Part shown: positions 45,397 to 55,650 of the stretch, one piece after another
Layout: every line of letters starts with the position of its first letter
Numbering within the stretch: position 1 is the first letter of the stretch
Source of the DNA: a virus
DNA: 64,000 bases
Direction: 5' to 3' (one strand)
Virus record (IMG/VR): IMGVR_UViG_3300027734_000038
Made by a program: the position numbers and the translations under genes
The notes under the pieces: generated by a model
What the model saw: the letters and a program-made list of their open reading frames with translations, nothing else
Databases searched by the model: none
What the model was told of the DNA's origin: nothing

Positions 45397-46761
45397 ATGG
45401 CAAATAAAGACCTTCTAACATATAATGCAAAAGTAACTCAAGTTGAGCAGGACTATTTTGCTCCTGTGGCCTCGGTTACTGGTACTACCACACCAGTTAG
45501 CACACTCTATTGTTTTATGTCCCGTGTTTTACCATGGACAAATGATATTGATCCGCCACAACCAACTCAAGACCAAAAATCATTAAAGCAAATTTACAAA
45601 AATATATTTGCCGTTAAAAAAATTAATTCATCAGGTATTAGTCCTGTTATTCAAAGGATTGATTGGGATTCTGGTGAAAAATATGATTATTATCAAGATG
45701 ATGTTGATATGTTTGCACTCAATCCATCAGGCACATTGGTAAAACGATTCTATATTCGTAATCGATATGACCAAGTGTTTAAGTGTTTGTGGAATAACAA
45801 TGATGCTGACTCAACCGATGAACCATTTTTCCAACCAGGTACTTACGGCACCAATAACATTTATAAAGGTGCTGATGGTTATAAGTGGAAGTATATGTAT
45901 ACCATTGATGTGGGTCGTAAAACAACATTTATGGATGCAACTTGGATGCCAGTTCCTGTGGTCAAAACAGCACCATCACCAAACGATACATCATCGGGAT
46001 ATGGTGACATTGAAGTAATCAATGTGGTGACTGGTGGTTCTGGATATGATCCAGCAAACTCTGTTGTTAATCTTATTATTACTGGTGATGGAACCGGCAC
46101 CACAGGTACTATCTCAACTTCTAATGGTATCATTACTGATATTGTTGTAACCAATCCAGGATCCGATTACACTTTTGCAAATGTGTCTGTGACTTCAGCA
46201 GCAGGTTCAAACGCAACCTTCATCGCTCCTGTCAGTCCTATTGGCGGTCATGGTTACGATTCTGTATCTGAATTGGGTTGTTCTCATGTAATGGTGACTG
46301 CTGAATTTAATGGCAGTGAAGATGGATTAATACCAACAGACATCGATTTCAGGCAAGTTGGTTTGTTGGTCAATCCTACTGCACTTAGTACCTACCCCAA
46401 TCCAGCCAACGGCAGCATTTATAAGACTTCAACTGACTTTGTAGTGGCACCTGGATTTGGTAGTTATACTTCTGATGAAGTTGTTTATCAAGGTTCTTCT
46501 GCAAATACCGCAACATTTACTGGTACTGTATTAAGCTTTGATGCAGGATCCAATGTATTACGCTTGATAAATACATCAGGTACACAAACACTCAATGCAC
46601 CAATTTTTGGTGCTTCGTCATCAACAGCAAGAACAGTATTAAGTGTTAGCACCCCAGATTTTATTACTTTCTCCGGATTCATGACATATATTGAAAATAG
46701 AGAAAGTATTCAGAGAAGTGCAGACGGAATAGAACAATTTAAATTTGTATTAGGATACTAA
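45397..46761 (+). CDS. gp8: baseplate wedge subunit gp8
   Basis: RIDWDSG, VFKCLWNN, DGYKWKYMYTI, GGHG, DFRQVGLLVNP, YIENR. Confidence 0.88.
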   Translation: MANKDLLTYNAKVTQVEQDYFAPVASVTGTTTPVSTLYCFMSRVLPWTNDIDPPQPTQDQKSLKQIYKNIFAVKKINSSGISPVIQRIDWDSGEKYDYYQDDVDMFALNPSGTLVKRFYIRNRYDQVFKCLWNNNDADSTDEPFFQPGTYGTNNIYKGADGYKWKYMYTIDVGRKTTFMDATWMPVPVVKTAPSPNDTSSGYGDIEVINVVTGGSGYDPANSVVNLIITGDGTGTTGTISTSNGIITDIVVTNPGSDYTFANVSVTSAAGSNATFIAPVSPIGGHGYDSVSELGCSHVMVTAEFNGSEDGLIPTDIDFRQVGLLVNPTALSTYPNPANGSIYKTSTDFVVAPGFGSYTSDEVVYQGSSANTATFTGTVLSFDAGSNVLRLINTSGTQTLNAPIFGASSSTARTVLSVSTPDFITFSGFMTYIENRESIQRSADGIEQFKFVLGY

Positions 46762-46764
46762 AAA

Positions 46765-49700
46765 ATGCCGCTTAATTTTAATGTTGAACCATATTATGAT
46801 GACTTTGATCCTGCCAAAAATTATCACAGGATCCTATTCAAACCTGGTTTTGCCGTTCAAGCTCGTGAACTAACACAATCACAGACTATTCTACAAGACC
46901 AAGTTACTAAATTTGCTGACAACATTTTTAAACAGAATACACCTGTAACTGGCGGACAATTAACAACCAATTTTCAATGTAGTTATATTAAACTACAAGA
47001 AACTTATAATAATGCAGCCATTAATGTTGATGAATTTAACAATAAAGTTATTCAAAATGCTTCTGGTTCAGTATTAGCCAAAGTTATTGCAGTTGTTGAA
47101 GCCACCGGTACAGGCGGTGCTGGTGATCCACCTACATTAATTGTTTCGTATAAATCAGGTGAACAGTTTCAAAGCAATGATGTTATCTATGACAATGGAT
47201 CCAATCTGGCTGCACAAGCCATCAGCGCTAATGCTACAGGTTTAAGTTCAGCAGTTTCAATTGCACAAGGTGTGTTCTATGTTTCAGACAACTACACAAG
47301 GTCTGATGGTATTACAATTTCTACTGGTGCATTTGTTCAAGTTAATCCTCAAACAATTGTTGTTGACAAATATGACAACACACCAACAAATCGTGTTGGT
47401 TTAAATATTACAGAAACAATTGTTGATTATGTTAATGATCCTTCTTTATTAGATCCTGCTATTGGTGCTTCTAACTATCAGGCGCCTGGTGCTGACCGAT
47501 ATAAAATTACTTTAACATTAGAAAGTCGTTCACTATCATTTGGTGACGATGATAGCTTTATTGAATTACTTCGTGTTGAAAATGGTCAGACTGTCAAGTT
47601 GGTTAATGAAACAGTTTACAATGTAATTGATGATTACTTTGCCAAGCGTACCAATGACACTAATGGTGACTTCATTGTTAATGATTATAATTTGACACCA
47701 AAAGCCAATACAGTTAATTCTGCCGAATATGATTTAGGTATTTCAAAAGGTATTTCTTATGTTCGTGGATATCGTTTAGAAAATCAATCTGATGTAACCC
47801 TAACAAACGACCGAGCAAGATTACAATCTGATGTAACCAACAATCCAACTTTTGTTGACTATGGTAACTATTTCTATGTCAATTCAGCCAATGGTGTATT
47901 TGATGTTACAACTTCGCCTCAAATTGATTTTCACACAGTAGACAAAACAGCTATCGTAACAACAAATCAATCATCATACAATTCTACTCGTGCAGCTACA
48001 GCTTATATTCGTAGCATGGTGTATGATAGCACATCAAACACAGCCAATGGTTCTGCATATGTTTATAAGGCGTATGTTTACAATATTCAAAATCAAACAT
48101 TATCAGCCAATGTTTCACAAATTGCACCAGTCAATGCAAACAATAGTTATATAAGATTGCCTAGTACCAATCAGTTTTCAAATGTGGCCAATGCCTATAC
48201 TGGAGTAACAGTCAGTATTGATTCAGGTACTTCTGCTGGTGATTTCAGAACAATTACAACCTACGATGCAGCTGCTAAAATTGCATATGTTGACCAACCA
48301 TTTACTGTAACATTGGCCAACAACTCGGTGTTTACTCTCCGTTTTGATACTACTGACTTTGAAACAATGATTAAGAGTACCTCTGGTACACCTTATTCTA
48401 TTACAGCCAATGCTGCAATTAATAATTTAAATAAAGTAAACAATGTTGCAGAAGGTGATGTTGTTTTACAAAACCCAAATGCACCAGAACTATTGTTTAC
48501 AATTGGTAACCCTTTTGTATCGTATGCAAACAATTCTTCATACACCACATCACAGGTGTTCCGTAATGTTTCGTTCACAACATCAGGCGGAAACATTGTT
48601 GCTCAACTAACATTTGGTTCTGCACCTACATCAACACTTCGTTTCTTAGGTAACGGCACATTATCATCTGATGCTGTGTCACAAAACTTTCAAATTATTG
48701 TTACTAATCCATTATCAAGTGGATTAAGAGTTGGTCAATTGTTACCATGGAATCAAGGTAGTAGAACTTGTGCAATCACAGGTTCAGGTGGTACAGCTAC
48801 ATTCACAACACCAACATCTGATTTAGGTCCATTCACCGCAACAATCATTGCTAAGGCTTTTGTTAGTAATGGTAATGACACTAACTTTGTATTGAAAGCC
48901 AAAAATCTGGTTGAAGGTAATACAACAGGCGTAAACATTACAGGCACAACTGTTGAAACATATACCAAAGTTGATTTAACAAATGGTCAAGTGTATGTTG
49001 CAAATACTGGAATTGTTGCTCCTGGTCAACCACAAAAACTATACATTACAGATGCAAAACGTATAGTTAAAATTATTGATACAAAATCTCCTGGCACAGC
49101 TGCAACAAATGCCATGTTGACCAATCCAATCTATGATGTTACATCTAGATTCACATTTGATAATGGTCAACGAGATTCATACTATGACTTCGCTAGTATT
49201 ACATTAGGCGTGGGTCAACCACAAATTGATGGTAATTTATTGGTTATATTAGATTACTATTCGACCACTGGTGGTGACGGATACTATTCTGTCATGTCTT
49301 ATTTGTCACCAGTATCATCTGCACCAGAGAGTTATGCTGAGATTCCATCTTACATGGCTTCTAGTGGCAATTACTATCAGTTAAGAGATTCTTTGGACTT
49401 TAGACCATCATTAATTAATGCTCAGAGTTCATTTATAATCCGGACTTCAAGTTCTGGTTCAGGTGCAGCAGGCGCATATATTCCTGTAGATTTAACTGAA
49501 TTTGAATCTGATTATGGATTCTATCTTGGTCGTTTTGACAAATTAGTATTAAGTAAAGACCGTGCATTTGAAATTGTTCAAGGCACACCATCGACCAATC
49601 CAATTCTACCAATTGAACCAGATGGTTCGTTGGTGATTGCAAATCTTTACCACGACCCATACACCGCATATATTCCAGGTGAAGCCACAGGTGTATTGCC

Positions 49701-52700
49701 AAGTTTATCTATTGAGCGTGTTAAACACAAGCGTTGGTTGATGCGTGATATTTCTGATTTAGAAACTCGTGTTAACAATATTGAATACTACACAGCACTC
49801 AATATGTTAGAAAAAGGTGCATCTTCTTTACAGATTCCTGATGGTAACGGATTAAATCGTTTCAAAAATGGTATTTTAGTTGATGACTTCTCTAGTTATG
49901 CTGCAGCTGATACTGCTAGTTCCGATTATTTGGCAACAATCAATCGTAGAACAAAACAGATGACTGCATCACAAGATGTGCAAAACTTCCCATTGCAATC
50001 ATTGTCACTAGTATATAATATGGGCCAGTTGGATGCTACAAGTGCAAACAATCTTGGTTATAATATTTCTCAGAGCTCTACATCAAACTTCTTTACATTA
50101 CCATACTCCACATCTAATGTGGTAACACAAAGAATTGCTTCACGCACAGTTAATTTAAACCCATTCTCTGTATCATTGAATTCTGGTGTATTAACACTCA
50201 GTCCTCCAATGGACAATTGGGTTGATACACAAAAATCACCTGACCTGTTGATTGTAGATCCAAATTTACAAGTATATCGTGCAAGTGACCAAGTTAATGT
50301 GTTACAAGTAGGTGATTGGAAAACAACTGTTGCAACATCAACCGATAATGTGGTTGCGGCTGGTCGTAACTGGCGTGTCAATCAGGTTACCACATATACA
50401 ACAGAACAACAAAAGGTTGTGTTAGGTAACTACGACAAACTTAATTCGAGTTATGTTGAAACTGCTGGTTTCATTACTGATGTTAGTATTTTGCCATATA
50501 TCCGTTCACAATTCTTATTCTTTAACACTTATGGTCTAACAGTTAATACCAATGTTAATGCGTATTTTGATGGTGTAAGTGTTAATAAGTATGTTCGCAA
50601 ACCAAATATCATTGAATTGACCGGTGTAACTGGTTCATTTAAAGACGGTGATATTATTGGTTATTATTCTGCTGGTAATTTTAGACCTGCTGCCAAAGTT
50701 GTTTCTTACTATGTTAATCCAGCTGCCAATACAACTGCTCGCCTCTATGTTGTTGGTGATATTGTTGGTCAAACATTTACTGCGGGTGGCGTATTACAAA
50801 ATGCTCAATTTAATGCTGCTGGTCAATATCAGTCAACTACAGCACAAGGAACCATTGCATCGTTTAGACATAACTCTGGTCAAGTCGTTAATGCCAATAC
50901 ATCAACATCTATTACATTAGGTGCCACAGCATCTACAACTGATATCTATACAGGTAACACAATTTATATTATTAATGGCACGGGTGTTGGCCAATCTGCA
51001 ACTATTACTGCATACAATGGTGCAACTAAGTTGGCAAACCTAAGTTCTTCTATTACAACTGCCAATGGCGACATCTATTCAATTGGTACAATGAAAACCA
51101 ATGAAGCGGGTATGATTTCGGGTATCTTTGCATTACCAGGCGGAGTATTCCATACAGGTCAAAGAACATTTAGAGTTGATAACTCAATTGGTGGTAATAT
51201 TAGTTCTGCACAGACTTTTGCAGAGGCCACATTCTATGCTTCTGGTTTACAACAGACTAAACAAGGTGTAAACTATGCATCTTCAATTGACTCTGCCAAG
51301 AATACTTTCACACAAAGTAATGAAAGAACCAACATCACTTCTTATACTTACACAACAGTATGGGATCCAGTTGCACAAACATTTATTATTGATAAAGAAA
51401 ACTATCCAAATGGTGTCTTTGTTGATTCAATTAAATTATTCTTTGCAACAAAAGCTGATGAGTTCTCACCAGTAACATTGTCTATTGTTGGTACACTAAA
51501 CGGATATCCAAATGGTGAAACATTGGATAATTCTCAAGTTACATTGACATCAGAGAATATTAATGTATCAAGCAATCCACATTATTTGGATCCTACCACA
51601 TATACTGTGTTTAAGTTCCCAGCACCAGTATATTTGGAATCTAACAAATTATATGCTGTTATTGTAAAATGTCCAACATCTAATGATTACACAATTTATA
51701 CTGCACAAAATGGTGACACAGCAATTTCATCTTCTGTTAAGAATTTGCCAAGTGACCCAACACCAACAACAATAACAAAGATTAACTCTGCACCATATGT
51801 TGGTTCATTATTCTTATCACAGAATTCACAAACATGGACTGCGGATCAAAACGAATCAATGATGTTTACAATGGATCGTTGTGTGTTCTCTGTTGGCACT
51901 CAACCTACATTACAGTTTGTAGTGCCAAATCGTTTACCATATCGTAAATTAACAGAACAAGATATTTCATACTATCTAAGTCCAAACACGATTAATACAT
52001 CCATCTCCTCGGCAGCCAATACTAATGTGGTCGTTGATGCATTTAATATTTCAACATCTGACTTTGTGCCGGGTAGCACATCACTCAGTTACACATATGG
52101 TGCCACATTAAATTCAACTAAGACAGCTGCACCAACACAGTCAGTTACTCCTGGTAAATATGGTACACCAATGTATGATGACATCTATCTAAATGATGGA
52201 TTAGGTGAGCGTGTATTGGCAGCTAACTCTAATACATCATTCTCATTGTATGCTAACATGACCACAGTAGATGATGCTGTGTCACCAATGATTTCAGATG
52301 ATGGATTAGGTGTATATACTATCACATGGAACATTAATAACTTAGAGTTATCTAATAGTATGATTACTGTGGCCAATGGTGGTTCTGGTTACAATGTCAA
52401 TACAACTTCCGTAACCATTACATCTAATACAGGTACTGGTGCAACAGCAACTGCCAATGTAGTTGGTGGAATAATTAAGAACATTTATATTACAAATGGT
52501 GGTTCTGGTTATGCAACAACACCAGTGATTACAGTTGCAGATGCCAACTCCTCACCAGGAATTGGTGCAACAGTTACAGTAGCAGGCGAAACATCACCAG
52601 CTGGTGGTAACGGCCAAACACGATACATTACTAAGAAAGTTATTTTGGATCAAGGATTTGATTCAGGTGATTTACGAGTATACTTTACTGCTTATCGTCC

Positions 52701-53028
52701 AGTCAATACAAACATCTATGTTTACTATAAGATTCTTTCTAGAAGTGATACACAGACATTTGATTCAGGCAACTGGCAGTTAATGTCGTTAATTAATAAC
52801 ACTAGTTCATTGTATTCACCAACAAGAGATAGCACTTATGAATTTGTAGCTGCACCTGGTGCTGATGGTGTTGCACAGAACTATGTTGAATATACTAGTG
52901 GTGTAACAGGTCAAACATACAACAATTTTAGTCAGTTTGCAATCAAGATTGTATTGGCAACATCTGATAAGACAGCAGTACCATTCTTATCAGATATTCG
53001 TGCAATCGCTTTACCATCGGCGGTGTAA
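46765..53028 (+). CDS. giant virion structural protein (DUF4815/VrlC-like)
   Basis: PYYDDFDPAKNYHRILFKPGFAVQARELTQSQTILQ, APGADRYKI, RFKNGILVDDF, DPVAQTF. Confidence 0.8.
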   Translation: MPLNFNVEPYYDDFDPAKNYHRILFKPGFAVQARELTQSQTILQDQVTKFADNIFKQNTPVTGGQLTTNFQCSYIKLQETYNNAAINVDEFNNKVIQNASGSVLAKVIAVVEATGTGGAGDPPTLIVSYKSGEQFQSNDVIYDNGSNLAAQAISANATGLSSAVSIAQGVFYVSDNYTRSDGITISTGAFVQVNPQTIVVDKYDNTPTNRVGLNITETIVDYVNDPSLLDPAIGASNYQAPGADRYKITLTLESRSLSFGDDDSFIELLRVENGQTVKLVNETVYNVIDDYFAKRTNDTNGDFIVNDYNLTPKANTVNSAEYDLGISKGISYVRGYRLENQSDVTLTNDRARLQSDVTNNPTFVDYGNYFYVNSANGVFDVTTSPQIDFHTVDKTAIVTTNQSSYNSTRAATAYIRSMVYDSTSNTANGSAYVYKAYVYNIQNQTLSANVSQIAPVNANNSYIRLPSTNQFSNVANAYTGVTVSIDSGTSAGDFRTITTYDAAAKIAYVDQPFTVTLANNSVFTLRFDTTDFETMIKSTSGTPYSITANAAINNLNKVNNVAEGDVVLQNPNAPELLFTIGNPFVSYANNSSYTTSQVFRNVSFTTSGGNIVAQLTFGSAPTSTLRFLGNGTLSSDAVSQNFQIIVTNPLSSGLRVGQLLPWNQGSRTCAITGSGGTATFTTPTSDLGPFTATIIAKAFVSNGNDTNFVLKAKNLVEGNTTGVNITGTTVETYTKVDLTNGQVYVANTGIVAPGQPQKLYITDAKRIVKIIDTKSPGTAATNAMLTNPIYDVTSRFTFDNGQRDSYYDFASITLGVGQPQIDGNLLVILDYYSTTGGDGYYSVMSYLSPVSSAPESYAEIPSYMASSGNYYQLRDSLDFRPSLINAQSSFIIRTSSSGSGAAGAYIPVDLTEFESDYGFYLGRFDKLVLSKDRAFEIVQGTPSTNPILPIEPDGSLVIANLYHDPYTAYIPGEATGVLPSLSIERVKHKRWLMRDISDLETRVNNIEYYTALNMLEKGASSLQIPDGNGLNRFKNGILVDDFSSYAAADTASSDYLATINRRTKQMTASQDVQNFPLQSLSLVYNMGQLDATSANNLGYNISQSSTSNFFTLPYSTSNVVTQRIASRTVNLNPFSVSLNSGVLTLSPPMDNWVDTQKSPDLLIVDPNLQVYRASDQVNVLQVGDWKTTVATSTDNVVAAGRNWRVNQVTTYTTEQQKVVLGNYDKLNSSYVETAGFITDVSILPYIRSQFLFFNTYGLTVNTNVNAYFDGVSVNKYVRKPNIIELTGVTGSFKDGDIIGYYSAGNFRPAAKVVSYYVNPAANTTARLYVVGDIVGQTFTAGGVLQNAQFNAAGQYQSTTAQGTIASFRHNSGQVVNANTSTSITLGATASTTDIYTGNTIYIINGTGVGQSATITAYNGATKLANLSSSITTANGDIYSIGTMKTNEAGMISGIFALPGGVFHTGQRTFRVDNSIGGNISSAQTFAEATFYASGLQQTKQGVNYASSIDSAKNTFTQSNERTNITSYTYTTVWDPVAQTFIIDKENYPNGVFVDSIKLFFATKADEFSPVTLSIVGTLNGYPNGETLDNSQVTLTSENINVSSNPHYLDPTTYTVFKFPAPVYLESNKLYAVIVKCPTSNDYTIYTAQNGDTAISSSVKNLPSDPTPTTITKINSAPYVGSLFLSQNSQTWTADQNESMMFTMDRCVFSVGTQPTLQFVVPNRLPYRKLTEQDISYYLSPNTINTSISSAANTNVVVDAFNISTSDFVPGSTSLSYTYGATLNSTKTAAPTQSVTPGKYGTPMYDDIYLNDGLGERVLAANSNTSFSLYANMTTVDDAVSPMISDDGLGVYTITWNINNLELSNSMITVANGGSGYNVNTTSVTITSNTGTGATATANVVGGIIKNIYITNGGSGYATTPVITVADANSSPGIGATVTVAGETSPAGGNGQTRYITKKVILDQGFDSGDLRVYFTAYRPVNTNIYVYYKILSRSDTQTFDSGNWQLMSLINNTSSLYSPTRDSTYEFVAAPGADGVAQNYVEYTSGVTGQTYNNFSQFAIKIVLATSDKTAVPFLSDIRAIALPSAV

Positions 53029-53029
53029 T

Positions 53030-53251
53030 ATGGCAATTGTAAAAATACCTGGCACAACTTATGTAAGGGATACAAATACTATGGCTCTTATTAACACCGA
53101 TGTTGCTGGATTAGAAGATTATAGAATGAAATCGACTCTGATTAATAACCAAAAATCAGAAATAAATAAAGTAAAAAATGAAATCAATGAAATCCGAGGT
53201 GATGTAAAAGTTATCAAAGAATTATTGATGCAATTATCTGGAAAACAATAA
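53030..53251 (+). CDS. small coiled-coil virion-associated protein
   Basis: YVRDTNTMALINTD...heptad C-terminus; ATG 2 nt after previous stop. Confidence 0.7.
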   Translation: MAIVKIPGTTYVRDTNTMALINTDVAGLEDYRMKSTLINNQKSEINKVKNEINEIRGDVKVIKELLMQLSGKQ

Positions 53252-54714
53252 TGGCTAATACAGTTTCTTATCTAAGTTTTGCTAATACATTTGGTGATTG
53301 GGTCGTTGTAACGAATTCTCTGGCACGAGAGAGTAACGACTTTGCGGCCAATAATTATGTTAAGCCAACAGGTACACTCTTTTTAAATTCACCTTCATTA
53401 GGCTTACAAGTAGCAAATAATGCCATTGTTGCTGGTCAATTACAGGTACAAGGTACTGGTTCTGGTGCTTATGTTCAAAACAACTTGCGAGTTGATGGCC
53501 AAGTTACTTTTCAAAATACTACATTAGGATTAACCAATACTGGTGATATGGTAGTAGGTGGTAGTTTATCTGTTGGTGGAAACTTTATTATTACAGGTAG
53601 TACCATCAATAGTTCTAATAGTTTTACATTAAATGCAAATAATATTGTTGGTAGTAATACAACATTCAATGTGTATCGTGGTTCATCTGGTGCCAATGCT
53701 TCTATTTTATGGAACGAAAGTGTTGACCAATGGCAAATTTTAAATCTTACAGATTCAACATACTATAAGATTTTAACAACTAGTGATGTAACATCGTCAT
53801 TATTATCTACAAGTTCTAATACAGCGGCTTCAGCATCAGCAGCTAATACATTGAACACTTCAATTGCAACACAAAATATTGCATTGCAGAGCATTATTAC
53901 TACTGCAAACACTTCTATGAAGTCGTATGTAGATAATGCCAACACATCCATGAAATCTTATGTGGATTCCAATTTTGGTTTAATTTCTGGCATTAATGCA
54001 ACACAGAACTCATCAATCATTATTGCACAAGGTGTAGATAATACTCAAAATACACAGATTTCTGGTATTCAAGGTGTGGATGACACACAAAATACTCGCA
54101 TGAGTATCATTGAAGGTGTGAATGTCACTCAAAACACTAATATTACTTCTGTTAATAACTTTGCTGGTGGTGCTTATACAACTGCTAATGGTGCAAATGG
54201 TCTGGCCGCAGGTGCTTTTGCAGCTGCTAACACCAAAGTCGCTTCAATTACTGGTACAACCAATCAGGTTACTGTAACCGGCACAACTACACCAACATTA
54301 TCTTTACCGCAAAGTATTAATACTGGTGCATCCGTTCAGTTTGGTTCATTTGGCGTAGGTACAGCTGCATCCGGCACAACTGGTGAAATCCGTGCTACCA
54401 ATAACATTACTGCTTACTACTCAGATGATAGACTTAAAACCAAATTAGGCAATATTGAGAGTGCATTAGATAAAGTGTTGTCATTAAATGGTTTCTACCA
54501 TGAAGCCAATGAAACAGCACAAGCATTAGGTTATCAAGTAGTTCGTGAGGTCGGTGTGTCAGCACAAGAGGTCAATGCAGTTCTACCAGAGGTTGTGGCG
54601 CCTGCACCAATTGATCCTCAGTATATGACAGTTCGGTATGAAAGATTAGTTCCTTTGTTAATTGAAGCAATCAAGGAATTGAAGTCGGAGATAGATGGTT
54701 TGAAGAAATCCTAA
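53251..54714 (+). CDS. tail fibre with C-terminal intramolecular chaperone (peptidase S74)
   Basis: AYYSDDRLK, GVSAQEV..VLPEVV, VRYERLVPLLIEAIKEL. Confidence 0.88.
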   Translation: MANTVSYLSFANTFGDWVVVTNSLARESNDFAANNYVKPTGTLFLNSPSLGLQVANNAIVAGQLQVQGTGSGAYVQNNLRVDGQVTFQNTTLGLTNTGDMVVGGSLSVGGNFIITGSTINSSNSFTLNANNIVGSNTTFNVYRGSSGANASILWNESVDQWQILNLTDSTYYKILTTSDVTSSLLSTSSNTAASASAANTLNTSIATQNIALQSIITTANTSMKSYVDNANTSMKSYVDSNFGLISGINATQNSSIIIAQGVDNTQNTQISGIQGVDDTQNTRMSIIEGVNVTQNTNITSVNNFAGGAYTTANGANGLAAGAFAAANTKVASITGTTNQVTVTGTTTPTLSLPQSINTGASVQFGSFGVGTAASGTTGEIRATNNITAYYSDDRLKTKLGNIESALDKVLSLNGFYHEANETAQALGYQVVREVGVSAQEVNAVLPEVVAPAPIDPQYMTVRYERLVPLLIEAIKELKSEIDGLKKS

Positions 54715-54787
54715 AATTCGAAATTTTGCGTTCCGGCCTCAAAATTTTTTGCCGCTGATTCAAAGTTCCAAAAAGCGATTTTACTCC
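54713..54787. repeat. 75-bp intergenic dispersed repeat, copy 2
   Basis: homologous to 37428-37503; followed by ACTAAATA at 54802. Confidence 0.8.
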
Positions 54788-54838
54788 ATGGAGTTAGACT
54801 AACTAAATACCTAAGAAACATTATATACAGGATATAAG

Positions 54839-55180
54839 ATGGCAGCAGCATATCAAGAACTATTTCTAGAACAAGGTACAACATTTACCACCAATATCAC
54901 ACTAGATGATATTGATGGACTCCCTTTCAATTTGACTGATGTTATCGCTAAAAGTCAGATTCGTAAGTCATACTATTCGGCCAATGTAACCGCTCAGTTT
55001 ACTACCACTATTAATTCTCCTAATACAGGAGTTATTCTATTGTCTTTATCAGCACCAGTCACAGCCAATATTGCGGCTGGCCGATATGTATATGATGTAG
55101 CAATTAAAGATACCGCTAATACTGTAACTAGAGTATTAGAAGGAGTCGTGAATGTTATTCCTCAAGTCACTAAGTTTTAA
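54839..55180 (+). CDS. fibre adaptor-like protein (BppU N-terminal-like fold)
   Basis: LEQGTTF, SQIRKSY, GRYVYDV, RVLEG. Confidence 0.6.
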   Translation: MAAAYQELFLEQGTTFTTNITLDDIDGLPFNLTDVIAKSQIRKSYYSANVTAQFTTTINSPNTGVILLSLSAPVTANIAAGRYVYDVAIKDTANTVTRVLEGVVNVIPQVTKF

Positions 55181-55189
55181 GGAACTTTC

Positions 55190-55411
55190 ATGCCAGGACA
55201 AGTAATCGGAACAGTTAATGTTCAAGTAAACAAACAACAAAACCAGACTGTTCGTCAGTTAAATTATGGTATACGGTCATTACAAGGTTCTACAGACCTT
55301 TCGTTGGTCAACGTTCAAAACGATGATGTGATTGCTTATCAAGCAAATACGAATAGTTTTATTGTTAAATCCGTTCAAGATGCTGTGGACTTAGATGCAG
55401 GATTCTTCTAA
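55190..55411 (+). CDS. small fibre-associated protein
   Basis: ends LDAGFF. Confidence 0.65.
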   Translation: MPGQVIGTVNVQVNKQQNQTVRQLNYGIRSLQGSTDLSLVNVQNDDVIAYQANTNSFIVKSVQDAVDLDAGFF

Positions 55412-55608
55412 TGGCTAATACAGTCGTTCAGATTCTTCGTTCATATGCCAATACAGCACCAAAAAGTTTAGAAGATGGTGAGTTAGCGTATTCCTTTGTT
55501 TCCAATACGCTTTTTATTGGAACAGCGAATAGTCAAATCATTCAAATAGGCGGTCCAAATTATATTGCCAACGTCACCATTAATACGGTAGACGGTGGTG
55601 GATTTTAA
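55411..55608 (+). CDS. small fibre-associated protein
   Basis: QILRS...SLEDGELAYS; ends VDGGGF. Confidence 0.7.
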   Translation: MANTVVQILRSYANTAPKSLEDGELAYSFVSNTLFIGTANSQIIQIGGPNYIANVTINTVDGGGF

Positions 55609-55650
55609 TAAATAGAACTGATGGTACCATAATAATAAGAGAGAAAATAG

